Shown piece by piece: positions 43,801-52,906 of a DNA stretch of 64,000 bases. Numbering within the stretch: position 1 is the first letter of the stretch; every line of letters starts with the position of its first letter. Location: the NCBI RefSeq assembly GCF_029238425.1, contig NZ_JAQWGB010000106.1, positions 9,910 to 73,909 on the forward strand, read 5' to 3'. Below the pieces are notes generated by a model. It worked only from the letters and a program-made list of their open reading frames with translations. It searched no databases and was not told where the DNA came from. The position numbers were made by a program, and so were the translations under genes. This DNA is from Flavicella sp. Its GTDB lineage: Bacteria > Bacteroidota > Bacteroidia > Flavobacteriales > Flavobacteriaceae.

Positions 43801-45233
43801 GCCATTGGTTTAAACATTTTTCCTTCGACTCCTTCAAGAGATAGTATGGGCAGAAACACAATTAAAATAATAAATTGACCAAAAAAGGCAGTGTTCATCA
43901 TTTTAGAGGAAGCTTTGTAGGTGATTACGTCCTTATCCTTTTGCGTCAATACTTTCTTTGATGTAATATGTTTGTAGATATAAAAAACAGTGCTCTCAAC
44001 AATAATAACAGAGCCATCCACAATAATACCAAAATCTATAGCTCCTAAGCTCATTAGGTTCGCCCAAACATCAAAAACATACATCAGGATAAAAGCAAAA
44101 AGTAAGGCCAATGGAATTGTTGAAGCCACAATAATACCACCTCTCCAATTACCTAGGAAAAACACCAAGATGAATAATACAATTAATGCACCTTCAAAAA
44201 GATTATTCTGAACTGTTTTTGTCGTATTTTCAATTAATTTTGACCTATCCAAGAATGGTTTGATTCTCACTCCTTCTGGCAAGGATTTTTGAATCAGAGC
44301 TACTCTTTCATTCACAGCGTTAATAACTGAATTGGTATTCGCTCCTTTTAACATCATGATCATTCCTCCGACAGCCTCACCTTCACCATTTTTAGTAACA
44401 GCACCATACCTAATTGCGCTACCAAACGAAACTACTCCAATATCTTTAATTAATATTGGTAGATCATTTTTATTCCTTACCACAATATTTTTAATATCAT
44501 CAATACTTTTGGCCAAACCCTCACCTCTAATAAAATTCGCTTGATGATCTTTTTCAATATAGGCCCCTCCTGTATTTTGATTGTTACGTTCAAGAGCAGT
44601 ATATACTTGTTTTATAGTCAATCCTAAAGCATTCAACTCCTCAGGATCAATCGCAACTTCATATTGTTTAATATGACCACCAAATGAATTCACTTCCACA
44701 ACGCCAGGAACCATTGCCATTTGTCTTTTGATGATCCAATCTTGAATTTCTCTTAGCTTCTGTGGTGAATATTTATCTTTATACCCCTCCTCTATATCTA
44801 AGGTATATTGATAAATTTCTCCTAAACCCGTGGAAATAGGTCCCATAAAAGGTTTACCAAATCCTTCAGGTATTTTTGCATTTATTTCTCCAAGTTTCTC
44901 AGAAACTAATTGTCTTGGCAAATAGGTGTCCAAACCATCATCAAAAACAATGGTAACCACTGACAGTCCAAATCTTGAAATGGATCTAATTTCTGTTACT
45001 CCGGGCAAGTTTGCCAACGCTATCTCTACAGGGTATGTAACAAACTGTTCAATTTCTTCCGTTCCTAAATTAGGAGCTTGTGTAATAATTTGAACTTGAT
45101 TGTTTGTGATATCAGGTACTGCATCAACGGGTATTTTACTGGCGCTAAATACACCAGCTATTATTAATCCAATGGTTAACAAACCAACAACTAACTTGTT
45201 ATGGATTGAAAACTGTATGATTTTATTGATCAT
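40890..45233 (-). CDS. czcA: CusA/CzcA-family heavy-metal RND transporter fused to a TolC-like outer-membrane factor
   Basis: 1447 aa in a single ORF. Residues 1 to ~1035 are a full 12-TM HME-RND pump. Next comes KRSNLAVTILFIGFMLFPSLGSSQ, which looks like a signal peptide. The last ~380 aa are OMF-like alpha-helical/beta-barrel repeats. Confidence 0.9.
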   Translation of the reverse strand: MINKIIQFSIHNKLVVGLLTIGLIIAGVFSASKIPVDAVPDITNNQVQIITQAPNLGTEEIEQFVTYPVEIALANLPGVTEIRSISRFGLSVVTIVFDDGLDTYLPRQLVSEKLGEINAKIPEGFGKPFMGPISTGLGEIYQYTLDIEEGYKDKYSPQKLREIQDWIIKRQMAMVPGVVEVNSFGGHIKQYEVAIDPEELNALGLTIKQVYTALERNNQNTGGAYIEKDHQANFIRGEGLAKSIDDIKNIVVRNKNDLPILIKDIGVVSFGSAIRYGAVTKNGEGEAVGGMIMMLKGANTNSVINAVNERVALIQKSLPEGVRIKPFLDRSKLIENTTKTVQNNLFEGALIVLFILVFFLGNWRGGIIVASTIPLALLFAFILMYVFDVWANLMSLGAIDFGIIVDGSVIIVESTVFYIYKHITSKKVLTQKDKDVITYKASSKMMNTAFFGQFIILIVFLPILSLEGVEGKMFKPMAFTFMFAMIGAMILCLTYVPMVTSLFLTAPKVKHKRSYGYRAVHWVERIYGRALIQIMGYSKIIVGIAILMLTASIYIFSNLGGEFIPKLDEGDIAFHVILKPGSALSETVKATTKVEKLIKQKFPEVIDVISRIGVADVPTDPMPMDLADVFLILKPVQEWTSASSKPELIDKIKEMLERIPGINYEFSQPIEMRFNELITGVREDIAIKLYGENLNVLSKKANEIGVLVSDIDGVADLKVEATSGQPQITIEYNRRKIAQYGLAINDMNRLVETAFAGGVAGVVFEGEKRFDLVVRLKKELRQELYDVENLFVSLPNGSQIPLKELAEISFKPGPMQISRDNTNRRIYVGINVRGRDIKTLVEEIQLKIEQNIKLPAGYYIRYGGAFENLERATKKLKTVVPIALILIFVLIFFALKSFKQTMMIYMAIPLATIGGVLSLYMRGMSFSISAGIGFIVLFGVAVLNGLVLVSGFNELKEEGVTDLNERIKEGTKRRIRPILLTALTDMLGFLPMALSTTAGAEVQRPLATVVIGGLLTSTLLTLFIIPILYKAVENFNQQRSIKRSNLAVTILFIGFMLFPSLGSSQNQKIDLNQAIELAQQNYPELIVADLEIEKERAIKSTAWDFGNTKIFTMGDEIGDDGNGTYTTLGLGQSNIALFSIASKNKLANENIKLAETNKSLNTIQLKQRVEYAWIKAFTTKKIYESYKEIDTVYSGLKKALELRYETKAISNLEFQTTINQGELIKLQKEQYHMAYKIAVQELNQWLFADQYFDIADVSIELMEEPLDLVEINIESHPLISLWESELSVAKAESKVYSSKYLPTVSAQYGFQKIGNENGFNSYQVGIQLPLIFSKAKGESKASKLNVEIIEQNNKIKQLKLANSFKIAMANYMRLKENWEYHKSHALPLAVQQRDGATLAYQEGSMSYIAFIQTIKNAIELEINSWTIFQQYSESKINVSYFLETKNE

Positions 45234-45307
45234 TTAATAGTTGTTTAAGTTAAAAAAATGTCATTTTCTGACACAAAAGGATATAGTTATCCCATAAAAA
45301 CTTTAAC

Positions 45308-45631
45308 TTAAATTATGGGTGGTTGATATAAGGAATGTAACACTTCTTGAACAGTTTCTGTAGACGGTTTAGAAATTTCTCTCTGTGTAAATGAATTTAA
45401 TGTCAATTCAAAGGTATTCAACTCAACAGTGTTGATTACCATTTGACAGCACTGACAAGAACAAAAAGGTGAACACAGGTCCTCTTCAGAATGCGAATGT
45501 GAATCTTGATGCTCATTTGAAACTTTCTCCAATTCTACATCTTGCTTTTCACAAGATAACATAGCATCGTTACATGTAATAAAAGACAAGGAAAAAATAT
45601 AAAAAGAAAGTAAGAAAATTAAGCTTTTCAT
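45308..45631 (-). CDS. Small secreted or membrane-anchored Cys/His-rich protein, leader gene of the czc operon
   Basis: 107 aa. N-terminal hydrophobic segment, then HQDSHSHSEEDLCSPFCSCQCCQ. It lies 74 nt upstream of czcA on the same strand. Confidence 0.6.
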   Translation of the reverse strand: MKSLIFLLSFYIFSLSFITCNDAMLSCEKQDVELEKVSNEHQDSHSHSEEDLCSPFCSCQCCQMVINTVELNTFELTLNSFTQREISKPSTETVQEVLHSLYQPPII

Positions 45632-45821
45632 GATTACAAAAATATAAATAAAATTGATTCAAACTACACTATCTTTACAGATAAAAATTGAACAACCTAC
45701 ATTGAAATTGGTAAATAAATATAGGCTTTTTATTAATTTTAAATCGACACATATAGATTTTGTTTATGGATGTATTAAATATTTTTAACAGTAATTAGCT
45801 TTTTTTCGATAGTATTACTAT

Positions 45822-45829
45822 TATATTTG
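45822..45829 (+). promoter_or_regulatory. Candidate -7 box TATATTTG for the ABC/HlyD/TolC operon
   Basis: Exact TAnnTTTG 29 nt upstream of the ATG at 45858. Confidence 0.3.
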
Positions 45830-45857
45830 CAGTTAAATGTAATTTTTACAACTCATT

Positions 45858-47507
45858 ATGAATAACTTAACTCCTTGGCAACGATTCATAGGTTTATTAA
45901 AACTAGAAAAGAAGGAAATCTTTCAAATTTTCTATTACGCAATTTTTTCAGGAATCGTTTCTTTGTCTCTTCCTCTTGGAATTCAAGCAATTATAAACTT
46001 AATTCAAGGTGCGCAAATATCTACTTCTTGGGTTGTTTTAGTAGTTTTAGTTACCATTGGTGTTTTGTTCAACGGTGGACTTCAATTGATGCAATTAAGA
46101 ATTATTGAAACCATTCAACAAAGAGTGTTTACAAGGGCGGCTTTCGAATTGAGTTATCGTTTTCCTAAAATAAAAATGCATGAGTTGAGAAATTATTATC
46201 CACCAGAACTTGCCAACAGATTTTTTGATACTTTAACGATTCAAAAAAGCCTTTCTAAAATATTAATTGACGTACCCACAGCATTATTGCAAATTATTTT
46301 TGCTTTGATGTTACTTTCATTCTATCATCCCTTCTTTATCCTATTCGGTTTCTTGTTAATGGTCTTGGTTTATATCGTTTTTAAATATACGGCTAAAAGA
46401 GGATTAGAAACTAGTTTAGAAGAATCAAAAAACAAGTATAAAGTAGCCCATTGGATTCAAGAAATTGCCAGAACTATAGTAAGTTTTAAACTCTCGGGAG
46501 ATTCTAACATAGCCTTAGACAAGAATGATGAATTGGTAGTAAAATATTTGAAATCACGTGAAAAACATTTTAAAGTACTCGTGATTCAATATTCTCAGAT
46601 GATAGGTTTTAAAATGCTTATTACGGCTAGTTTATTAATTATTGGTGGAGCCTTGGTACTGAATCAAGAGATGAATATTGGTCAATTCGTTGCAGCAGAA
46701 ATTATTATTCTTTTGGTGATTGCTTCTGTAGAAAAATTAATACTAGGATTGGAATCTTTTTATGATGTGCTAACGTCCATTGAAAAGTTAGGTCAAGTAG
46801 TAGACAAGGAACTAGAGGCACAAGTTGGAGAAAAACCTACTTTCAAAGAAGAATTCAATATTGAACTAGAGCATGTGACCTATGATGTTCCAAACCGAAA
46901 GAAATCTATTTTAAAAGACATTAATTTAAATATTCCATTCAAAAAAAGAGTTTTAATAAAAGGTGAAAGTGGTTCAGGAAAATCGAGTCTATTACGAGTT
47001 ATCACGGCGGTTATTGAACCTACTGAAGGTAATATGTATATCAATAATGTCTCTGCTCAAAGTTTAAACTTAAATCATTATCGTTCACAATTAGGATTGT
47101 CTTTATCTGAAGAAACTCCTTTTGAAGGAAGTTTGAAAGACAATATTACTTTCGGAATCAAAGAAGTGTCTGATGAAACAGTTTTTAAGATCATTAAATA
47201 TGTTGGACTTACACAGTATGTAAAAGAACTTCCGAATGGAATTCAAACTATACTGCAGCCAGATGGGAAACAGATTTCGTATACGATTGCTAAAAAGATA
47301 GTTTTAGCAAGAGCGATTGCTAAAAAGCCAAAAGTTTTGATTTTGGAAGATCCTTTGGATAGATTCAATAAGGAAGAAACAAAGTCAATTGTAGAATATT
47401 TGTCAAACCCATCGCAACCTTGGACATTGATTGTTGTGAGTAGCAATCCATTATGGGAGCAATACACCGATGAAGTCATCAATTTAGACGAGGGTAAATT
47501 AAAATAA
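45858..47507 (+). CDS. ABC transporter permease/ATPase (type I secretion / bacteriocin-exporter-like, no C39 peptidase domain)
   Basis: 549 aa. A 6-TM ABC membrane domain, then Walker A GESGSGKSS, an LSLSE-type variant in the signature region, and Walker B VLILEDP. Confidence 0.85.
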   Translation: MNNLTPWQRFIGLLKLEKKEIFQIFYYAIFSGIVSLSLPLGIQAIINLIQGAQISTSWVVLVVLVTIGVLFNGGLQLMQLRIIETIQQRVFTRAAFELSYRFPKIKMHELRNYYPPELANRFFDTLTIQKSLSKILIDVPTALLQIIFALMLLSFYHPFFILFGFLLMVLVYIVFKYTAKRGLETSLEESKNKYKVAHWIQEIARTIVSFKLSGDSNIALDKNDELVVKYLKSREKHFKVLVIQYSQMIGFKMLITASLLIIGGALVLNQEMNIGQFVAAEIIILLVIASVEKLILGLESFYDVLTSIEKLGQVVDKELEAQVGEKPTFKEEFNIELEHVTYDVPNRKKSILKDINLNIPFKKRVLIKGESGSGKSSLLRVITAVIEPTEGNMYINNVSAQSLNLNHYRSQLGLSLSEETPFEGSLKDNITFGIKEVSDETVFKIIKYVGLTQYVKELPNGIQTILQPDGKQISYTIAKKIVLARAIAKKPKVLILEDPLDRFNKEETKSIVEYLSNPSQPWTLIVVSSNPLWEQYTDEVINLDEGKLK

Positions 47508-47516
47508 GAATTAAAT

Positions 47517-48872
47517 ATGCTGAATATATCAAACACAAAAGGACGAAGTAACATAGATTTGTTGTCCTATAAATCAGGACAATTTGCATATTATAAAAAG
47601 CATTATAAACACTTCAATAGGTTTTTAATGGTTTTTGCTTTGATTGGGATAATTACTTTGTTCATGCCATGGACTCAAAATATTAAAAGTAACGGTATTG
47701 TAACTACCCTACGACCTAATCAACGTCCACAAACGATACAATCTCAAATACCAGGAAGAGTTGAAGAATGGTTTGTTCAAGAAGGTGATTATGTTGAAAA
47801 AGGTGATACTATTTTAAGAATATCTGAAATTAAAATTGATTATTTCGATGATAGATTGATAGAAAGAACCAATGATCAGATAACAGCAAAAAGTTCTTCC
47901 GTTGATGCCTATAAATCGAAGATTGAAGCTTTAAACAGACAGATTGTAGCTTTACAGCAAGAACAAAAGCTGAAAATGAAACAAGCGAAAAATAAACTTT
48001 TACAATCGTATTTAAAGGCAAAAAGTGATAGTATTGATTTTGAAGCAGCAAAAATAAATGCAGAAATCTCAAAACGTCAGTATGATCGTACGGTTGTACT
48101 TGCCGAGGATGGCCTAAAAGCTATCAGGGATGTGGAAGAAAAAAATCTTAAGCTACAAGAATCAAATGCAAAATTGATAGCACAAGAGAATAAACTATTG
48201 ACTAGTTTGAATAACATCATCAATGCACAGGTGGATGTTTCTCAAATTGAAAACACTTATGTAGATAAAATCTCTAAGGCGCAGAGTGCTTTATATACGG
48301 CGAAATCAAGTCATTATGACACCCAAGTACAAGTATCTAAACTTGAAAATAGTTATACTAATTATCAAAAAAGAAATGATCTTCTTTTTATAACCAGTCC
48401 ACAAAATGGATACATCAACAAAGCCATCATTGGTGGTATTGGTGAAACCTTTAAAGAAGGTCAAGAACTTTTAGGAATTATGCCTGCATCTTATGAATTG
48501 GCTGTAGAAACTTTTGTAAAACCAAATGACTTACCTCTATTACATGTAGGCGAAAAAGTAAGAGTTCAATTTGAAGGGTGGCCAGCTATTGTATTTAGTG
48601 GATGGCCAAATCAATCTTATGGAACTTATGGTGCAAGAGTTGTTGCCATTCAAAATTTCATTAGTCCAAATGGTAAGTATCGTGTTTTGTTAGCACCAGA
48701 TTCTGATGATCATACTTGGCCAGATGCGATAAGAATTGGATCTGGAGCAAGAACCTTTGCTTTGTTAGAAGATGTCCCTATTTGGTATGAATTATGGAGA
48801 CAAATTAATAGCTTCCCTCCTAACTATTATCAACCAACTCAAATGGAAGGAAAAGAAAAATCTGAAAAATAA
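47517..48872 (+). CDS. HlyD-family membrane fusion protein
   Basis: 451 aa. Single N-terminal TM, lipoyl-like motif (GDYVEKGDTILRI), and a long coiled-coil region. Confidence 0.85.
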   Translation: MLNISNTKGRSNIDLLSYKSGQFAYYKKHYKHFNRFLMVFALIGIITLFMPWTQNIKSNGIVTTLRPNQRPQTIQSQIPGRVEEWFVQEGDYVEKGDTILRISEIKIDYFDDRLIERTNDQITAKSSSVDAYKSKIEALNRQIVALQQEQKLKMKQAKNKLLQSYLKAKSDSIDFEAAKINAEISKRQYDRTVVLAEDGLKAIRDVEEKNLKLQESNAKLIAQENKLLTSLNNIINAQVDVSQIENTYVDKISKAQSALYTAKSSHYDTQVQVSKLENSYTNYQKRNDLLFITSPQNGYINKAIIGGIGETFKEGQELLGIMPASYELAVETFVKPNDLPLLHVGEKVRVQFEGWPAIVFSGWPNQSYGTYGARVVAIQNFISPNGKYRVLLAPDSDDHTWPDAIRIGSGARTFALLEDVPIWYELWRQINSFPPNYYQPTQMEGKEKSEK

Positions 48873-48874
48873 GT

Positions 48875-50359
48875 ATGAAAAATTTTATTTTATTTTTTCT
48901 TGTTGGATTTGGAATTATGAAGGCGCAAACAGCAACTGATTCTACTGAGGTAAACGCTCCATTAGAAACCAACAGTATTGATTCTTTGGTTGTTCCAAAA
49001 GAGTTGAATTACACCGCGCCGTTAGGCACATTTGATGATTTTATCAGTTTGTCTGAATTTTTGAGTTATGTTAAAACATTTCACCCAATTGTAAAACAAG
49101 CTAATTTGATTGTTACTGAAAGTGATATCAAACGTTTAAAGTCAAGAGGTGCTTTTGACCCTAAACTAGAAATTGATTACGCTACAAAACAGTTTAAAAG
49201 TAAAGAATATTATGATAAACTGAATGCTACTTTCAAAATACCTGTATGGTATGGTGTTGGGGTAAAAGCGAATTACGAAAATAACGACGGTGAATATCTA
49301 AACCCTGAAAGTACCACTCCTAAGGATGGACTTTATGGACTAGGTGTTACGGCATCCATTGGAGGAAATATGCTTATGAACCAGAGAATGGCAGATGTTA
49401 AGCAGGCTAAAAATTATCAGAAACAAGCTTTAGAAGAACAGAAAATACTTGTAAATAATATTTTATACGACGCTGCAAACACCTATTTTGATTGGTTACG
49501 TTTTTACAATGAAAGAAAAATTCATGAATCGTTTTTGACAAATGCGGAATCGCGTTTTGTTGCCATAAAGAAAAGTTTTTATTCGGGAGAAATGGCTGCT
49601 GTTGATACTTTGGAAGCAAACATTGCCATTGGAAATAGAAAATTAAATTTAGAAAAGGCAAATATCAAATACATCAAAGCTACTTTAGATTTGTCGAATT
49701 TTCTATGGCTTGAGAACAATGTACCTGTAGAATTAAATTCTACTATAATACCAGATACGCTAACTATTGAAAATGTTGACACGGCATTAAACACCTCTAA
49801 GATTGAAACGGAACAATTTGATATTACCGAACATCCCAAATTAAAGGCATTGGGGTTTAAAACTGAGAATTTAGAGATTGAAAGAAAACTAAAATTCAAT
49901 AAATTATTACCAACCATTGAAGGAGAGTATAATTTCCTCTCGGGTTCGTTAGGAAATGATAATGCGTTTGGTCTTGACAATTACAAGGCTGGAATTAAAG
50001 TAAGTGTTCCTATTTTTATCAGAAAAGAACGATCTGATTTAAAGTTATCTAAGCTAAAAATTGAAGCTTTGAATTATGAAAGGTCAACACAACAACTTTC
50101 TATCGCTAATAAAGTGAATGGTTTGTTACAAGAATTGAATTCCTTTGAAAGTCAAATCGACTTTTCGAAAATTTTGGTAAGAGATTATGGTGCTTTGTCA
50201 AAAGCAGAACAAAGAAAGTTCAATTTGGGTGAAAGCTCTATTTTCTATGTGAATATCAGGGAATCAAAACAAATAGAAGCTGAATTAAAATACACCCAAC
50301 TCATAAACAACTATTTGAAAACAAAAGCTAAATTATATAACAGCTTGGTTGTTTTTTAA
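48875..50359 (+). CDS. TolC-family outer-membrane protein
   Basis: 494 aa. Signal peptide and two OEP-type repeats. It starts 2 nt after the HlyD gene's stop codon. Confidence 0.85.
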   Translation: MKNFILFFLVGFGIMKAQTATDSTEVNAPLETNSIDSLVVPKELNYTAPLGTFDDFISLSEFLSYVKTFHPIVKQANLIVTESDIKRLKSRGAFDPKLEIDYATKQFKSKEYYDKLNATFKIPVWYGVGVKANYENNDGEYLNPESTTPKDGLYGLGVTASIGGNMLMNQRMADVKQAKNYQKQALEEQKILVNNILYDAANTYFDWLRFYNERKIHESFLTNAESRFVAIKKSFYSGEMAAVDTLEANIAIGNRKLNLEKANIKYIKATLDLSNFLWLENNVPVELNSTIIPDTLTIENVDTALNTSKIETEQFDITEHPKLKALGFKTENLEIERKLKFNKLLPTIEGEYNFLSGSLGNDNAFGLDNYKAGIKVSVPIFIRKERSDLKLSKLKIEALNYERSTQQLSIANKVNGLLQELNSFESQIDFSKILVRDYGALSKAEQRKFNLGESSIFYVNIRESKQIEAELKYTQLINNYLKTKAKLYNSLVVF

Positions 50360-50362
50360 TTT

Positions 50363-52099
50363 TTAAGAAACTGAGACACTGTGATCACTATGTGCATTAA
50401 AGTCTTTTGAAAGAATAGTATCCACCATTATCCAATTGGCATTGGCATTACCAGGTTGTAAATTCAATTCAATATATCCTCTATTTGAACTATTAAAATA
50501 GGACAATTGATCCACCAATGCTTTAATGCCAGACTGAAAATTTTGTCTTTGATCAGGATCTTCTATGATATATTCAAAACCCGGAGAGGTAACGGAGGAA
50601 GTTGCAAACTCGTTTACAATTGAATTGCCCTCTTCTTTCAATATTTCATTGTGCCAAGCATTATGTGAGTCCCCTGCTAAAACGATTGTTTTTTTCGTTT
50701 CCAACAAAGTCAATATTTCCTCCCTTTCTACGGGATATCCATCCCAAGAATCAAGATTATAAGAAAATACATTTGTCACTCTAAATTTTTCTTGTGTTGT
50801 CACAGTTGGATCCAGAGCTTGCATTCTTAATTTTATTTGTACCAATTCGAACATTAGAATCTCCAATCGGTTCAAACTTTCTTCTGAAATAGTACCACTT
50901 GTCGTCTTCTCTATGTTCAATACATGTAACTCTGTTATCAATTCTAACGGAAAATAAATTTTTCCCATGACCACTTGTTGGCCAACAATCAACCATTCTT
51001 CTGATGTATTTGATATTTCAGATTTGAGCCAATCCTTTTGAGTTTCTCCCAAAATTGTCCGAGTAGGTTCCAGCCAATCTTGCCGAAACAAAAGCTCATT
51101 TAAATTACCATCTACATTGTAATATTCATTGATCTTTAATTGTTTATCGCGACCTGCTAATCTTGTATCTAAAACAACTAATTTTGCCAAATTGCCAAAT
51201 TTAAAACTTCTATAACCAACTGCTTTATCGTTTGTGGTAAACGGTAAGAATTCACTATATGCCTGTAAGGCTGCGTTTTTCCTTTCTTCAAAGCTTCCTT
51301 CAGTTTCTTGATGAGCACTAGCTCCTTCCTTATAACTATCATTCGCAATTTCATGGTCATCCCAAATGCATATAAAAGGCTTTTTTTGATGTAACAATTT
51401 CAAATCATCATCGGATCTATACTGTCTATAACGAGTCCTATAGTCCTCCAGTTTTAACAATTCATTACTGGGAAGATGGCTTCGCCCTAAGGAAATAATT
51501 TCTTCAGCTTGAGACAAACCATTGGCCCTGTTTTCATAAATATAATCCCCAAGATGCAAAACAATATCTACATCTGAATTCGCAATTTCCTTATAAACAT
51601 TAAAATACCCTACTTCATAATGTGAACATGAAGTAACACTCAACTTTAAATTATTTAAATTGCTTTCTGAAAAAGTTCTTGTTTCTCCAACGTCAGAAAC
51701 CGACCGAGAGATGATGTCAATAAATCTGTAATAATATATTTTATTTTCATCCAAATCCTGTACTTCTACAGAAACTGTGTAATCCACTTCTGAGGAAGTT
51801 GAAACTCTTCCATAACGTACAATATCATTAAAACTAGCATCTGTAGCAATTTGCCACTCTAATTTGCCTTCTATTATATGTGTCTCAATATAACACCAGA
51901 TAATTATTTTTGTTGCAGTGGGATCAAAACTAGCAATTCCCAAAGGGAACATATCGTTTTCATTATTTAAGAATGAATTAATAGCTTGTTCCTCTTGAAA
52001 ATCATCTTCACAACTAATAATATTCGTAGCAATTAATAAACCTCCAGTACCGAGGATACTCTTTTTTATAAAGCTTCTTCTGTCCTTCTTTATTGCCAT
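50363..52099 (-). CDS. phoD: PhoD-family alkaline phosphatase (Tat-exported lipoprotein)
   Basis: 578 aa. Twin-arginine signal DRRSFIKKSILGTGG..IISC and metallophosphatase motifs (LHLGDYIYE, WDDHE). Confidence 0.9.
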   Translation of the reverse strand: MAIKKDRRSFIKKSILGTGGLLIATNIISCEDDFQEEQAINSFLNNENDMFPLGIASFDPTATKIIIWCYIETHIIEGKLEWQIATDASFNDIVRYGRVSTSSEVDYTVSVEVQDLDENKIYYYRFIDIISRSVSDVGETRTFSESNLNNLKLSVTSCSHYEVGYFNVYKEIANSDVDIVLHLGDYIYENRANGLSQAEEIISLGRSHLPSNELLKLEDYRTRYRQYRSDDDLKLLHQKKPFICIWDDHEIANDSYKEGASAHQETEGSFEERKNAALQAYSEFLPFTTNDKAVGYRSFKFGNLAKLVVLDTRLAGRDKQLKINEYYNVDGNLNELLFRQDWLEPTRTILGETQKDWLKSEISNTSEEWLIVGQQVVMGKIYFPLELITELHVLNIEKTTSGTISEESLNRLEILMFELVQIKLRMQALDPTVTTQEKFRVTNVFSYNLDSWDGYPVEREEILTLLETKKTIVLAGDSHNAWHNEILKEEGNSIVNEFATSSVTSPGFEYIIEDPDQRQNFQSGIKALVDQLSYFNSSNRGYIELNLQPGNANANWIMVDTILSKDFNAHSDHSVSVS

Positions 52100-52136
52100 A
52101 ATAAATTAATTAATAATTATAAAGAAGAAGGGGCTA

Positions 52137-52901
52137 TTAAGAGTTCAACCAAGCTTTTATTTCACTAGCCTTTAATTTGCTTACAATAATTCTCTCCTCC
52201 GTTTTTGGATGTACATCAACAATTAATTTTCCATTGAAATGGAATTTTAATTTATCAATGCTTTGTTTATTTAAAATATATTGCCTGTTTACTCTAGTAA
52301 AATTAGTGGGATCTAACTCCTCTTCTATCGTTTCAAGTTTTTTGTTTAAAGTATATTCTTGCTTTTCAAAAGTAACGGCTTTCACAATTCCCATATCAAT
52401 AAAAAAGTAAGCAATATCAGCAACTTTTATAGGGATTAATTCATCGCGTTTTTGGATCAAATAACTTAATTTATAGTTGTTATTTGTAGAGGCTTGAAGT
52501 AAAGACATTACACCTTTTAGTTGGTCTTCGATCGCTACGCTATTCGCAGATGCTTTTTCATATTTCTGTAAAGCGCCTTCCATATCTTCTTCAGAGACTG
52601 GCTTTAATAAATAATCTAAACTATTTACTTTAAAGGCTTGGATGGCATATTGGTCATAAGCGGTTGTAAAAATTATTGGAATCTCAATTTTTACTTTCTC
52701 AAAAATTTCAAAAGAAATCCCATCAGCTAAATGAATATCCATAAAAACCAATACAGCTTCCGTTGGATTTGAGAAATAATCAATGGCATCAGCTACAGAA
52801 TCTATAACATTTAAGACTTCAATTTCTGAGTTGATAGATTTTAAGATATAAGTTAGGTTATCACTTGCTGCGATTTCATCTTCAACTATTACAACTTTCA
52901 T
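52137..52901 (-). CDS. LytR/AlgR (LytTR) family response regulator
   Basis: 254 aa. Receiver domain (MKVVIVEDE...MDIHL) plus a C-terminal LytTR DNA-binding domain. Confidence 0.9.
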   Translation of the reverse strand: MKVVIVEDEIAASDNLTYILKSINSEIEVLNVIDSVADAIDYFSNPTEAVLVFMDIHLADGISFEIFEKVKIEIPIIFTTAYDQYAIQAFKVNSLDYLLKPVSEEDMEGALQKYEKASANSVAIEDQLKGVMSLLQASTNNNYKLSYLIQKRDELIPIKVADIAYFFIDMGIVKAVTFEKQEYTLNKKLETIEEELDPTNFTRVNRQYILNKQSIDKLKFHFNGKLIVDVHPKTEERIIVSKLKASEIKAWLNS

Positions 52902-52906
52902 TTTTT

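Noticed and set aside
40890-45233. Interpreting the 1447-aa CzcA-OMF ORF as a pseudogene or assembly frameshift joining two genes
   Set aside because: The reading frame is continuous with no stop. The linker has a coherent signal-peptide-like sequence, and no separate start codon with upstream spacing exists for the OMF part. An assembly error cannot be excluded without reads, so it is reported as a finding with that caveat.
45637-45644. TATTTTTG (minus strand) as the -7 box for the czc operon
   Set aside because: It lies only 6 nt upstream of the ATG at 45631, which would require a leaderless transcript. That is not impossible, but the support is too weak to list as a feature.
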